A stretch of DNA of 64,000 bases from Raillietiella orientalis (lineage: Eukaryota): the NCBI GenBank assembly GCA_036172245.1, contig JAYWIR010000005.1, forward strand, positions 1,922,001 through 1,986,000. The letters are read 5' to 3'. Each line of letters begins with the position of its first letter. The stretch's first letter is position 1. A program made the translations under genes and the position numbers. The notes beneath the pieces were generated by a model. The model saw nothing but the letters and a program-made list of their open reading frames with translations, did not search any database and was not told the DNA's origin. This document shows, one piece after another, positions 40,001-52,600 of this stretch.

Positions 40001-43000
40001 TTTTATTTTTTGCCGAGTACGCATTTTTGACATGTAAGCGAGCCGAGTTTGTGTACAACCCACACACGTATAAATACATGAAACCCATAAATAAATTGTG
40101 TACCAGGAGAACGAGAAATTTTTTACGTCGGGAAGAATTGGACGCGACTGAAGCACTTTAAGAGTTGTACAGTTTAGGCGTCTGAAGACTACATTCTAGA
40201 ACCTTCTGAACATTTCATTCTCTGAGTCTCTAAGCTTGGAGCAGAAGGAGCCACAGATGTTTGCATCACTCTCTTCTCCCAATTTACGACCACTGACGAT
40301 CCTCAGATCCGATTTTGTCTGTCTTGCGCGACGAGGACGTGTGAATGAGTCTTGTGATCTGCGAGTTGGTTCAGATGAATGTCGCGAGTCATTAACGGTT
40401 CCTACAAGAGCTCGTGCCGATTTCATCACTTTCTATTTCCATCACAAGAATCAATAGGTTCGTGGTCTCCACCGGCTCCTCATCTCGGAAAGAGCGCAGT
40501 GGAAAAGATCACGAGGATCAGTCTGAATTGGGTGCTTCCTTTGAAAAGGATGCACGAGTTGGGTCGCATCTTCCACTCAGTATCGCGCGCAATTTTTCGC
40601 TAAGGAGGTTGTCAAGGGTCTTCCCTCGGCGAAGAAATCACGGAGAGAAACGAGCCCAGAGACTGTATGCAGATGCCGCTGGGCAAGATCCGGATTTTTC
40701 AGTCCGTTCCCTTCCTGAATCTTCTTTGCTGTACCTCTGGGCTGGTGTCCCCAGCAACGGATGCTTTCGGCGTCCAATGACATCCGAAAAAAATCCATTC
40801 ACAGAGCGAGTACTCAGCGTGAACATCCTGGAAACAGAGCGCTTTATTAGGTATTGACAGGCAGGCCTTCCTTCCACGACCGGGCCGAAATAATCACTTG
40901 TCCACAATGGGAGAACTTGGCTCGCTTCGGGGCATCACGGGAATCTGCATTTCAGCGGCCCCTGACGTTCAACCCCTGGCGACAGGGAGCTAAGTGGCTG
41001 CAAGCAGCCATAGTGGGAAATGCACGGGAAGTAGGAGCCCGGTACCGCAAACGAAATGAACTCGCCCCAAGTTAGCACGAGGACGGAGGCTTTGGGATGC
41101 AGGCTTCGCCTGTCGTAAGGAGAGTTGCTTATCGACATCTCTTCCTGACCTTGCGGGGAACGTCGTCATAATAGGAAGAAAGCACAGGGATACAGGATCG
41201 AGCTGGTTTCCATATCCATCTGTCGGAAAGTGGGTTCTCTCGCTACGGATGAATTTTTTTCACAAGCGCAGTCCCTTCACCAAAGATCCTGGGTTGCTCG
41301 GGGAAGGGAATGCGTATCCTGAGAGATTCATAATGGGTAAATAGCTGCACGGATGGAATTCGTTTTCACTGAAGGAGCAGTTGTTGTTAAAAGAGACCTG
41401 TGTCTCTCGTGAAGCCACGATCTTCTCGCTGACGCACACTCGAAGCGCCACAGCTTCACCTGAAAACCCCTACGATAGTCCATGAAAGAATGGACCCTAT
41501 AAGATGATAGCGCGAATCAGCCTTCTTTAAAGTATTATCAATAGGGAAAGGTTCGCCTGCGCACCGTCAGTAGACCAGCATCCCTGATCTGAGAAATTCA
41601 CGTCGACCTATGAGAAAAAAAAGCGAGAGTACATTACATGGTACAAACTTGAATGTACCTTGCTGTAAGTTTCGAACCTTCCATCTAGCGTGGTATTCTG
41701 GAATTTGCATCATCCAAGCAATGCGAGGGATGCGGGGAAAGTTGCTGTCGTCTGGAGCCCCGCTGTCAGCTGAGCTCGGCGACGCTTCACACCTCTGTTT
41801 GAATGCGAGATTTCCACTCGAATGCAAGCAATTCCATGGGATAAGACAGAGAAAGCAGGGAGGCGCCTCGAGGAAAAAGATGCGGGGAGTTTCACCGGGG
41901 ATCACGGGCGCTGTGTTGCCCCAAGTCGCGTGTCACACGGTATCTGCTCTCCTCTCCCAGTGTGACGCGGATCCCTCAGATAAATGCTGGTCCACTGAGG
42001 ACACGCATCTAAGGTGGGTCTGCATCCAAAATCCCGATCGATCGAAATCCTGAATGGCCACAAGGAATAAGCGCGTGTGCCTTTTCTAAGCTGATTAATG
42101 TACAAATTTGCTTTCATGTGTATAGCTATTCACATTTATTAGCGTACATGTCATTAGGAGTACTAATATTGGAACACATATGTATAGTAAGATCCAGTGA
42201 CCACGTTTTTTTCATATAATTAACGAGTTGTCAATAACACTGTTGACATATGTGTATTAAAAATCATAAAAAAAAGAATCACGCACTCTATACACATTTC
42301 TATTCATATGAGTATATTATATTGATGAGTATGATAAGCAAATATGTTTATTTTTTATATTCCTCATGGCATACGTGTGCAATAGAATGAGCAGTTTACT
42401 AGTATTAATAAAACGTACGTCACTGAACCTTCATAAATATGCGTGTTCCAACAACATTACCGTTAATAATATGCACGTTAATAAATAGGAGTAACTATGT
42501 GTGTTCAAGCAAATTCGTGCAGCAATCTACGCAGAATAAGTGCGTGCGTTCATTTTTTGGTGATCACTCGGGATTTTTGATGGAGGCTGCATCTCAGGTA
42601 ACAAGCGCTGTCATCAACCTTTCACTCCCACGTGACCTGCTGTGCTGGGCTTCTGGCCATCCTGGATACGGGATCATCTTTTCCTCATTGCTACTCGTAC
42701 CCACTGCGTAACCGTGCGGCTCGTGTCCACGTGTTTCCTGAGAATCGCACACGGAAACTCGTTCTGCGAACGAGATCAAAGCAGCCAGGTCTTCGGCACG
42801 TACAGCTGGCCTGTTGGTCTATCCGTTCTTTGATTTCAACCCACGGGGAAGGTTCCAGCGTGCGAAGGATGGTGATAGCAACGCTGTAAAGCGTTTTTTT
42901 TTTTTTTTTTCTTTGGCCAGGAAGAACTTTCGTTGCAAGCGAAGAGCTATGGACGTCTCCTCCCGGATCCAGCAGCGAGCGGGTTCTCATCGAAGAGGAG

Positions 43001-43099
43001 GGGTTTCAGGGAGCACGACTCGAGCCACGAGCGATTCGCCCCCGCGCACGCAGTCTGGGATGCTGGATCCGAACGCGTGCTCCTTCTCGAAGAGAGATG

Positions 43100-43980
43100 A
43101 GGTTTCGCATTTGGGCGCTGAAAGTGAAAAAGCGCTAACAGCACTGACTTTATAAGAGATAACTTTAAATGCATTATTCATGCACCAGGCAGCATCGAAA
43201 GTGAAAGGGACAAACGCTGCCATTGATATTAAATCCGCCATTTAAGTGCGACCAACGCGGAAGAGGAAAAGCCATGACTGCTGGAGTAATATTGGGGGTA
43301 TCCAACGCGACGGAGGGACACTGGTTGAGAATTCGCTCTGTTGCAGAAAGGCTGCTGATGGGTCGAGGCGCTCTCCATGAGGGGAAAGCGGCCTCTATAG
43401 CCACCTCTCGTTTCTTGAGGAAGGAACTACTTTTCTCGCTATGCGCCCTTCATTATGGCGCGGAGATTAACCTGCACCGCTAGTGATAAGCTGGAGAGAA
43501 TGATCCCGAAACCGTGATCATTTCCCTGAATTTGCATTGTGGACGCTCATTCTTGCATGCATCAGAGTCCACCAGAAGGCCTTCGAAGGCACAGGAGACT
43601 TTTGAAACTTCGAAATCATCTTGATCTCTCTAGGATGAGTGGCATTGAAAGTTCGTCTCATCTCATAGATGACTTTTGAAAAGCAGCAGAAGATGTTCTC
43701 CTTGTGCTCTCTGTTGCTATGGGAGGCTGTTCGCTGAAAACACGAAAGTGCACCGCCTTAAGAGCTGGTCAAATCTCCGGTAGAAGAACATGGACCGAAT
43801 TTCGAAAACAGCACGGGGCTCGGAATTCCCTTTTAAACAACTGGGGAAAAAAGCTGCCGGAGTTAGCTCTGTTTGGATTCGTGGAACCCAAATTCAAAAA
43901 GGCTCAGAGGGTGTCGATTCGGGATAACCGTTTGAGAGATTTAAATATTCCTCTTTACTACATCCGTGCACTCCGAACCC
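43100..43980 (+). mobile_element. Decayed LINE RT relic
   Basis: SEKALTAL (cf. STE.AL..L), IDIKSA at 43222-43239, LGVS..HWLRI..ER, RLFAENTKVHR at 43724-43756 (cf. LFADDTKVYR), LLNNWGKK. Confidence 0.6.
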
Positions 43981-44149
43981 TTAAAGGAGTTGCGTGTTTC
44001 CGGCTGCATTCCCTAACGTTCCCGGAGCGTGTTTCGCTCCCTAACGTTTTTCGTGTTTCCAAGAGCTGAAGAAAATTTTCCAAAAAGGTTCAGCACGAAA
44101 GCTTTTCGTATCTTTTCTGAAGCCTCTTACTAGTTGCAGCTCAAAGACG

Positions 44150-44720
44150 TTCAGTAAAGATTAGTGAATCTAAAGGGCTTTTCCGAATGAATGGTTGCAT
44201 GCCACTCCCTGAGACTCCTCCGCGATGCTTGGAATCGCCCGAGGGAGAAGACCGAGAGAGGCGTCTGGACCAAGTAGGCGCAGCTATTCTTTTAGCTGCC
44301 GAAGTCACTTTGACTTCGGATGTTTCTCGCCGAACTTGAGATGGATCTCCTAGCAGATTCACTAGGTCCTTATCAGGACATCCGTCTCCAAACAGAGAAT
44401 CGTACCTCTTTGTTCGCGTTTAGGTTTCTTTCTTTAAGGTAAGTTCCCAGTGTGGTCCCAAGAGAAATCAAAATGCTATCGATTTACTTTCAAGAATGAA
44501 GGCGCTGCACTTATTGTTCTTAACTGCACCGCATAGCGTGGAGTACAGTCGTTGAAGAATAGGGGCAGCAAACGAGAAAACTGGGTGGCAGATCAAAAGA
44601 CCAAGCCGAACAAAGCAACTGCTTGATACCCAGGCGATCGCAGCCTGCAAAGATATGCTGACGCGAGTCCCCGAATCACAGTCTTGTGGAGAAAACACCC
44701 GAAGTACCAGTGCGTATTCT
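44150..44720 (-). mobile_element. Decayed LINE RT relic convergent with the 43.1-44.0-kb relic
   Basis: SISLQAAI (cf. PISLL..I), YSSTTVL, AFILESKSIAF (cf. A.FLDLSKAF), GGAGTCTCAGGGAGT at 44218-44204 (GVPQGS with small deletions). Confidence 0.5.
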
Positions 44721-47700
44721 GGGAAACAGCTTGTGCAGATACACTACGAGATGAGCTGCCTCCTGCTCCGATGGACCCCTCGCCAGCTCCAAAGGCTTCC
44801 CCGTTCGCCGATCTGCTCTTCTGTCCCTTACTTGGTCCGCAAGGAACAGGAAATCCACTCGCGAGAAGCCTCAGTGACTCTCCATTTAGCCTTTCTCGGT
44901 GGGGAAGCGAAAAGTAGCTGCGGAAGATGAGATTTCGAAATGAAGGATCGAAACGATGGATCCGTTTCTTTCCTGCTCTTCGCGTTTTCTTATGCCTTTC
45001 TGCATATGTTCTTCCTGTTCTTCGATCAGTCCCGCTTTGCCTGCTCCAGTCCTCTCTGCTACCCACTAGAGCAATGTGGAACGCTGTGCACTCTATCATT
45101 TCTTCCTCGATTTCCTGGCCTCCCCATTCCTTCTTTGGGATTGTACAATGCAATCTCCCCAGAAAGGCAAAAAGTCTCGGCTTTCCCCCTGGATAGAAAC
45201 AGCTGATATACATCTTCAGTATTATTGCTTCGGATGTTTTGAAGGAAACGAAGAGAAAAGCGTCGCAGGAAAACACGAAACAACAAAAAAACGATGGAAA
45301 GCGCAAAATTCAAATTCATTACACTGGCGAGATCCATTTCGTTTCCAAAGCAATTCCGCGGATCCTGTCTTCATGAGATGAATGCTGGGATGAGATTGAG
45401 CAAGTGAGCAATTCGACGATGCACGAAACTGAAGCCAACGCTGTGTGCGCGTCTCGGCTCCTTGGTGGACACCTTGGTGTCTTCGCGTTGTCAGTCGGTG
45501 TCCAACAGCTCACCTTAACCGATGACTTAAAGCCCACAGCGAACAAAACATTCGTTCTGGAACTCTGGATGTCGGGAAAGCTCAGGGACGTGGGAGTTCC
45601 AAAGATTCATTAAGCCCTTTTTTCGACTCTCCGACACAAGGAATCGAAGAATGCCTTGTTTGTTCCATCATGTCGGTCCAAGGAAGACATGGACTTCTAG
45701 CTCGCCATGTCTCTATTTGTTCCATCTGAGTGTGCACAGAAGCTGTTTGGAAATTTTGCAGCCCGGGTATGGACGGAGAACAAGTGGGCAACCACAAAGA
45801 AGGTCACCTTCCACGAGCATGCAGCATTTTCGTTTTGAGGAGAGTGGGAAGTGGCAAACGGGGAAGCAAACTCGCACTTCCGGGAGGGCACTTGCGGCTC
45901 TACGAGGAAGTCGCCGGCCTTCCGGAAAATCTTTTACAGGAGAAGCCCCAAAAATGGGGCAGCGCTTTTCGGATGCAACTTCAGCCCCAGTGCATTTCCA
46001 GCAGCACAAGAGTTTCGTCTCATCCTCTTTCATTTCCAGCTGTCGAGACGCAGCAGCACAGATAGCAAAGAGCATCCGCCTTGGAGCACTGGCAGCAAAG
46101 AAGACTCGTATGTTCAGTTGCAGCGAAAGCAACAGCGAACGGGAGCAAAGATGGTGGAAGAGGCGTCCGCAAGCAGGGCTGGAAGTTTCTGCGGTCGCTC
46201 CTGCGAGCCCGCCTCGGAGCTAGGTATCTAGGCGACGGAATTCCTAAGAATTCGCTCTGTCGCAAGTGCCCTGAAAAACGGAATCCCACCCATGTCTCAA
46301 GAAATGCAATCTTGTCTGAGTTGAAGTCCATCAAACTGATGGTCATTCAGCTCAAAGTGATCCAATGCGAAAGATTTCGACAGCTGACTCCACCCGGGTT
46401 TCCACTCAATACCTCAATGAGCGAGAAATGAAACATGGTGCCCAAATCACGCTTGAAACCAACCTTCTCTCTCGGAGCCTCCCTCTTCGTGAGAGAGTGC
46501 GGCGTCATTTTATTTTTATTTTTTTCTTTTAGAGGGGAAGGGGGAGGGGAGTTCCATATTGCGTGCCTCGGTCTTATGTAAGTGAATCCTGGAACAGGAA
46601 CCTCGTCGTTCCATTAATGGTCGCTGTGCTCGGTGAAATGAGAAATAGAGTGTGGGTACCAGCCCACGAGAGATCGCAGCTCTTGTTACCAAGATGGATT
46701 CCGTCGCCTTATGCTCTGCAAGAGAACTGCTAAGATTCGGTTCCAAAAGTGGGGTACCGGTCGGTCGCAGACTTCTTCATGCAGCGAAGCCTGCTATTTC
46801 GAGCTTTGCTCTCCCGCCCTTTCGCACTGCTGGACGTACGGGGAGCATCTGAGGGAGGGATGGTCTCCAAAATGAACCCACGCACCGATCGATGACTGGC
46901 AGATCAAAATTGCGGCTCGGGATTTCAGTCTTTCTTTTGAACTTGAACAGCCTTTCCAGGTAAACAGGGGGTACAGAGACAAATTTGCAGCGTCTCGAGA
47001 ACAATCCGTGTTTATGTTTATCACTTCATTAAAGGAAGGGGCGCTCGTTATCCGAATGACCAGCAATGCTGTAAAATAATAATAATAATAGCGCGCTCAG
47101 AATGTCGCCACCAACGTGGAACACTCCGTGCGGCCATTCCACTTCACCTGCTGACGAGTGTCAGGTGATGAAGGAAGTCGAAACTGGTGTGCTCGTCTGA
47201 GCAAGGGCTCTAAGTGTTGATTTGTCTGCGCTTAATTAGTTATGGCAGCCCTGCTCGTGTCCATAAACGTGTCCTCGGTATTCTATGAAGACGTGAGGAT
47301 CAGGCAACGCTGAGCGTGTCGCAATCCACCATCAGCCTCGAAGAACAGATTTCTCGCGAGTGGAAAGATGGGCTTTTGTGTGGGTGTGGGTGTGCTTTGA
47401 GGCTGACCTTTTGGTTGTTTGTTGCTTTCGTGCCGCGCGTTTTCTCCGAGCCTCATCTTCACTGCATCCTCACTTCCGGAAGGAAGAAAAGTATAAGGGC
47501 TCCCGAATTCCGCCATTGATTATCCTGAGCTTTTATCGAAATGAGGGGATCGGCATTCACGTTTAATGCATCCCCGTTGCGCCGCTCTGTTGCTCCTTGA
47601 GGAATGGCGTTTCTGAACTTTGTCTCCCTGTCTTCTGCACCTATGAACTCCCGTAGGCGGTATCTTGTATTCTCCCATAGCAGCTTCACAGTTCGATGAA

Positions 47701-48603
47701 TAGTGTGGCCGTCACAGCCTTTTTTGCATTTAATCAGGTGTTGCTTCCTAGTTTCCCGAGATCGCGAAATGTCCGAATGATTCACCGCCTTCAGGATTCA
47801 TCGCCAAGCTTGATGCGCGCGCATCATCTAAAGGCCAATCAAGGAAATCTCCAAGTCCGTATCTGGAGTGCCATGAAATCAACCTAAAAGGAAGACTCCC
47901 CTTCTCTGCTGTGTACAAGAAACACCAACTTATCGTTTTTTTGTTTTTTTTTCCAAGGCAGTGCATGTCAGCACAAACGTCGTTTGGCAAACTCCTGTCA
48001 TTCCTAACAGATTCCTATGACGTAGTCTCTACTATTCCCGTGATCGTGCATTCCTATTTGAGGGAACTAACTGCTGAAAAACTCGCCAGGCTGCTCATGC
48101 AAAATCGCCTGATATCAGGAGTTCCGACATAATTGACGGAGTCACTTCAGAGAAGAATCAAATCTAACTATTGCAGTGCTCCGTTCGGTCTCATTAGACT
48201 TCTGTCTTTTTCATTATCACGTATGTTGGAGCACATCCAAAACATACTGCAAGAAGCAACCAACTTGCTCTTCACGTTCAGACGGCGCTTGCGAGTCTGT
48301 ATCCACCAGCAGATGACTGCCGTCTGGATGCGGACCGGAGCGGCAGATCAAACAGAAGAAATCTTCGAGTTTCTGCAATGGAGACTCGGTTGCCGAATAT
48401 ATATTTTTTCGTCGTTTCTTGGAAAGACGCGACACACCGTTTTGGTGCGTTTCTTGGTCTAAGAAGTCTGTCCGCGGCGGTCGAAAGATGTGTGCGCGTA
48501 CGGACGTCTGGAGGTCTCCAATTCTGATAACGGGAAGTTTCACGCGCTTTTGGAGATCATCAGCGAAACTAAACTTCGACCCGTTTCTGCTTCACAAGTG
48601 TGA

Positions 48604-48631
48604 TTTGTTTTGCTTTTTCCTCAGCTTCGAA
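48604..48631 (+). other. Splice acceptor immediately upstream of the receptor ATG (exon begins at 48625)
   Basis: tttgttttgctttttcctCAG|cttcgaaATG: a long polypyrimidine tract with CAG at 48622-48624. Confidence 0.75.
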
Positions 48632-48821
48632 ATGGATCACGATGACATCACCCAGATAACATCCCTAATGGCTCACTTTTCGAACCACTCTGAATACAAA
48701 GGTGATTGGAATATATCTATCCTAGGAAACTGGTCCATTTCCAAATCCAAAAACTTAGACTTTATGGTCATGTCCGTGGCTTCGACCATTCTAGGAGTTA
48801 TAATACTTACTACAGTCATAG
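48632..48821 (+). CDS. 5-HT1: Serotonin 5-HT1-type receptor (class A GPCR), first identifiable coding exon: extracellular N-terminus and TM1
   Basis: Translates MDHDDITQITSLMAHFSNHSEYKGDWNISILGNWSISKSKNLDFMVMSVASTILGVIILTTVI-G. It has three N-glycosylation sequons (NHS, NIS, NWS) followed by a hydrophobic TM1. The ATG has a purine at -3 and G at +4. It ends at the donor AG|GTAAGT (GT at 48822, phase 1) and joins the 54603 exon in frame to rebuild the TM1 'GN' motif. The true start could lie in an upstream exon. Confidence 0.88.
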
Positions 48822-50779
48822 GTAAGTTGTCTTGGAGTCTTATCGAAACCGGCGTGCTCACCTCTGATTATTCAAGTTGCACTCTGGGATTCCCGAAATC
48901 CTAGCTGATTCGGCGATAACGAATGAACTTCCGAAAGTTCCTTCTTCCGGATCGACTATTAATTCGTGTTCCTCTCAAACATTCTGAGAATTTTTCTCAA
49001 AATCATAGCTGAAATCACCCCCCTCTGTCGAAACTTGCAGTTCGCATGGTCCGCTCCTTGTGGTAGCGTCTTTGCGAACACTGGAAAGTCATCTTCACCA
49101 AGAAGCGAAAAGAACTCTGAAAGAAGCGCACGACTGTTGGTCGAACGGCCTCGCATCCATTTGGAAAAGCCCGTTGCAGTCCCAGGCGAGATCGCTTGTC
49201 GTGCCCTCCTCTTGGAAGACGCCTCATTCAAGCATCACGGCAGCAGCTACTTTCATTTGACCTCACGAAGAGGTCCAAAGGAAGGAGAACCTCCTCCAGA
49301 CTCTTTAGTCCAAGCCCGGAGGTGTAAGAACAGTTCAGATGCCACAACAAGTCCAAAGTCTTGTGCGTTTTCTCTGAAAATCCACCTCGCGGTTTCGGCT
49401 CTTGAAGATTCGAAATCGGTGCTCTTCATCACCTCGGACGATCGGGGTAAAAGCAACTGCATGCGGCAGCATGAAGTTAAAAGCAGCGGGATCACATTGG
49501 ACGGGACGGAGAACGGATTGGGATCGGAGAGAGGTAACGAAGACTGCAGATTCCGCATTCAGTATTTTTTTTGTTCCTCCTCCGATTCATTGCTTCCCCG
49601 CGGGAGAAGAGTAAACATCCTGCCGTGCTAAATTCCGCAAAGATTTGCGAACTTTTCCGCTGGGAAGCCACTCATCCACTGCTGGAAAAAACGCCCATCG
49701 TGTTCTCAAGTGACAGGAACGGGTTCTACCACGCCCAATTCTTGCGTTTACAAAAACTTCCCTCAAGTTTATTGCGATGTAGCAATTGAACACCGAGTGT
49801 CTGCGAAATGCACCTACTTTGCCGAAAACTGTTTTCTGAGGGTTCCAGACGTTGTTGAAATCTGGGAGCAACAGGAAGAAGCCAGCTTCATGTGTCTTAG
49901 AATCAAGATAAAGATGGATTGAGAATTATGGCGCACTTACTACTCTACAGGACACATGTATATATACAACTTCTTATTTCAGTGCGAGGACGAACGAAGA
50001 GCGTGAATTCAAAGCAACCTGAATTGTATCTGTTTGATGTGCAGCAAGAGAATACGCGTCTAGAAGCTTTTAAGGAAGTGTGTCTGTGTCCAAACCGTCT
50101 GCCAGAGTAAACTTGCGAGTCTGGCGGAACGACAAAACAGGGAGGATGAATTTCTCTGTATCAACTTTCTGCATGGAACTTGCTCGCAGATGAGGCTAAC
50201 GGACAGATCTTGCATCCGAGTAGTCAAGCGCTCATCTGTGATCTTGGACCAACACGCTACAATCCAGCACGGGGCACTCTGAGGCGTGCGAATTTACGAA
50301 AAGCATCAACGGAAATTTGCCTCTCCTTAACAGATCGGGGTGGTTGATGACGCAGGCGGGAAGAAGTGCCCTTCCGTATGAACCAACGCGCTCACAGGAA
50401 GACATTCATGCGTTTTCGCATCCCACGAGATACTGAGCTTGGCAGGGACGCGTGGCAAATCTCTGCGTTCCACGGAGCGTTCATTCCTGCTGCTTGCAGG
50501 CCTTCAGCGTGCACTTCAAAGGCCGAACTCTCCTCTCGTCACATCGAGTTTGCTCCTCGGACTTTTGCGCCACTTGGTTCCTTCCTTATCTTTATTTTAT
50601 CTCCGACCCGCTACAGCTATTGAAGCATAAAGCTACAAATAAGGTGACCGCTCCGTTGAGATTCTTCTGATAAGAATCCAAACAAACCGTTTGAGAAAAT
50701 TGGAGTCCGCTGGATGCTTCTTTCTATTTTTCCCGTGATTCTCGGCATCCGTAGGTTGAGGTGCGCTCTGCTCTAAACT

Positions 50780-51140
50780 CCTTTGTGACAGATGAAACAA
50801 GATGCATCGTTGCAGCTCTTTCGTAGCTGTAAGAGAAGTATGGAGACTTATATTTCATCTTCCCGACAAATCGGACGTTGATTAAACTAACAAGGAAGGC
50901 ATAGATGACTCTGAGCAACCTTTCGCTTCTTCATTCTTCCTCGTGGAAAGCATACTGCTTCTTTTCCTGTTCCGTTCCTGCAGCTCAAAGTAAAGTGGCC
51001 ATCTCCCTTCAGCATGCGGAAAGCAAGGGCAATGGAGAACTGCATTGCTGTGCTGGCAGAAGGAAATCCATCATAAATAATTAGTCCAAGGGACATCCAG
51101 ATAAACACAGAGGAGAAGATATTTTCCTGACTACGCAGCT
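50780..51140 (-). mobile_element. Decayed LINE RT fragment within the receptor intron (tentative)
   Basis: GKYLLLCVYLDV (cf. G....VYLD) and LRVIYAFLVSLINVRFVG (cf. L.WI.AFL..R...V.VG). Confidence 0.38.
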
Positions 51141-51198
51141 TGCAATTTGGGCTGGGTTCTCTTATTGGGAACGGACCACTCAAAGAACTGTTCCCCTA

Positions 51199-51213
51199 CC
51201 CCCCCCCCCCCCC
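51199..51213. repeat. C15 homopolymer
   Basis: Read directly. Confidence 0.9.
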
Positions 51214-52149
51214 ATATCAAAGAAGAAGGATGGAGTGTTTCTTTTTTCGAGTGTGTTTTGCTGTTTACTGCCAGCACAGCAGCATGTTTCAATCACATTT
51301 CGTGGTGTCTGGTCACGAGCTATCTTGTACTCCCCGAGCTTCCAACAATTTACCCTTTGATAAACTGTGTTCTTGACGACAACCACCGAAGATGGCAGAC
51401 AGTAATCAGTATGGAGAATGCTAGCGATTTTTCAACGAAATGGCGAGACGCAGCACAAGTCGCCGACTAGTGGTCTGGAAAATCGTTAACTTTATGAGTC
51501 TTGCATCCACAACGATTCCACAGTGAAAAATTCGAGAAACTTTGAAAATCGTGCACGATGGAAATGCTGAGCTCGCGGACACGATGAAACTCCACCCATT
51601 CGTCTTCCTCCTCTTCCACGGACCTGACTTGCTGGAGCTCCGTTTTCGGCGAAAGCCGCCGAGGATGCGCGCAGTGTTCGTGGAATAGGGTGGGCCTCTT
51701 GCTTGGGAGTCCACTTTGTTTGCACCACTCATCCCTGTGTTTCCTTGAGAGGAACATCTGCAAGCCTCGTGCCTAACATAGACTAACCCATGCACAGAAC
51801 GATGCTGCAGTGATGTGGTGAAGCCGTCATTTTGCTGACACTATGAATCACGTTTCCCTCTGTTGGTGCTGGAAACATACGCAGTTCTATCTTTGAGATG
51901 GACCATGTGCTTCAGAATTTCGACATTAGATTCCTGGACTACTTCACAATCATCAGCCAATTCCAACACGTTATGCTCTGTGGCCTTAGTTTCCAGATAA
52001 CAGGATGCAATGAACGTACCGCGAAAGGCAGCCTCGGTCAACTGTCCGTTTCTTATGCATAAAACCCTCGACATGAACAATGAGCTTTAAGAGCCTTCCA
52101 GCTCCAGCTTCATGTCTTCCAGGTTTAGAATCGGTTTTGTGTTCCCATG

Positions 52150-52600
52150 TTCTCCCACTGGTTTCTTTAGTCAGAATGTTCGTTTCACTGAAGAGCCTTT
52201 CTATTAATCCAACGGACAAAGCTAGCGCAGCTTTCGAGAAGGACAGGGTCAGCCAGCTCTTGGGACACACTGGATTTCAACAAGATCCCACAGAAGCATC
52301 TTGTAGCATCGTAGGCAGGGTCTTTGTTGTCAGATATGAATAAAGCTTCGTAGCTTGAGGATTTGTCAAAAATAGTTTGAAGGCTGTCTTTGATGCAGAG
52401 ATGAAAGTGCTGGGGACCGACACTCTCTTCAAGAGCAATCACTCTGTGCCTGGAGTGACTGTGGTACTGGAAGACCGAGGGTGAATCACTGAAAAATTAA
52501 TTTTCCTCAAGAATCCCTCACCAAGACACAAACAACTCCGAAGAGGTTATCCGGTAGAGTTTCTTCCTAAAAAGCATCAGGGAAAAATCTGCGCGATGCA
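52150..52600 (-). mobile_element. Decayed LINE RT fragment within the receptor intron (tentative)
   Basis: TVTPG, SVGPQHFHLCIKD (cf. SVLGP.LF.IYIND), LFISD (cf. LFADD), FVRWINR. Confidence 0.4.

Noticed and set aside
40638..40907. SVNGFFSD...GTPAQ, a possible further LINE RT remnant
   Set aside because: Too few ordered motifs to support a feature call.
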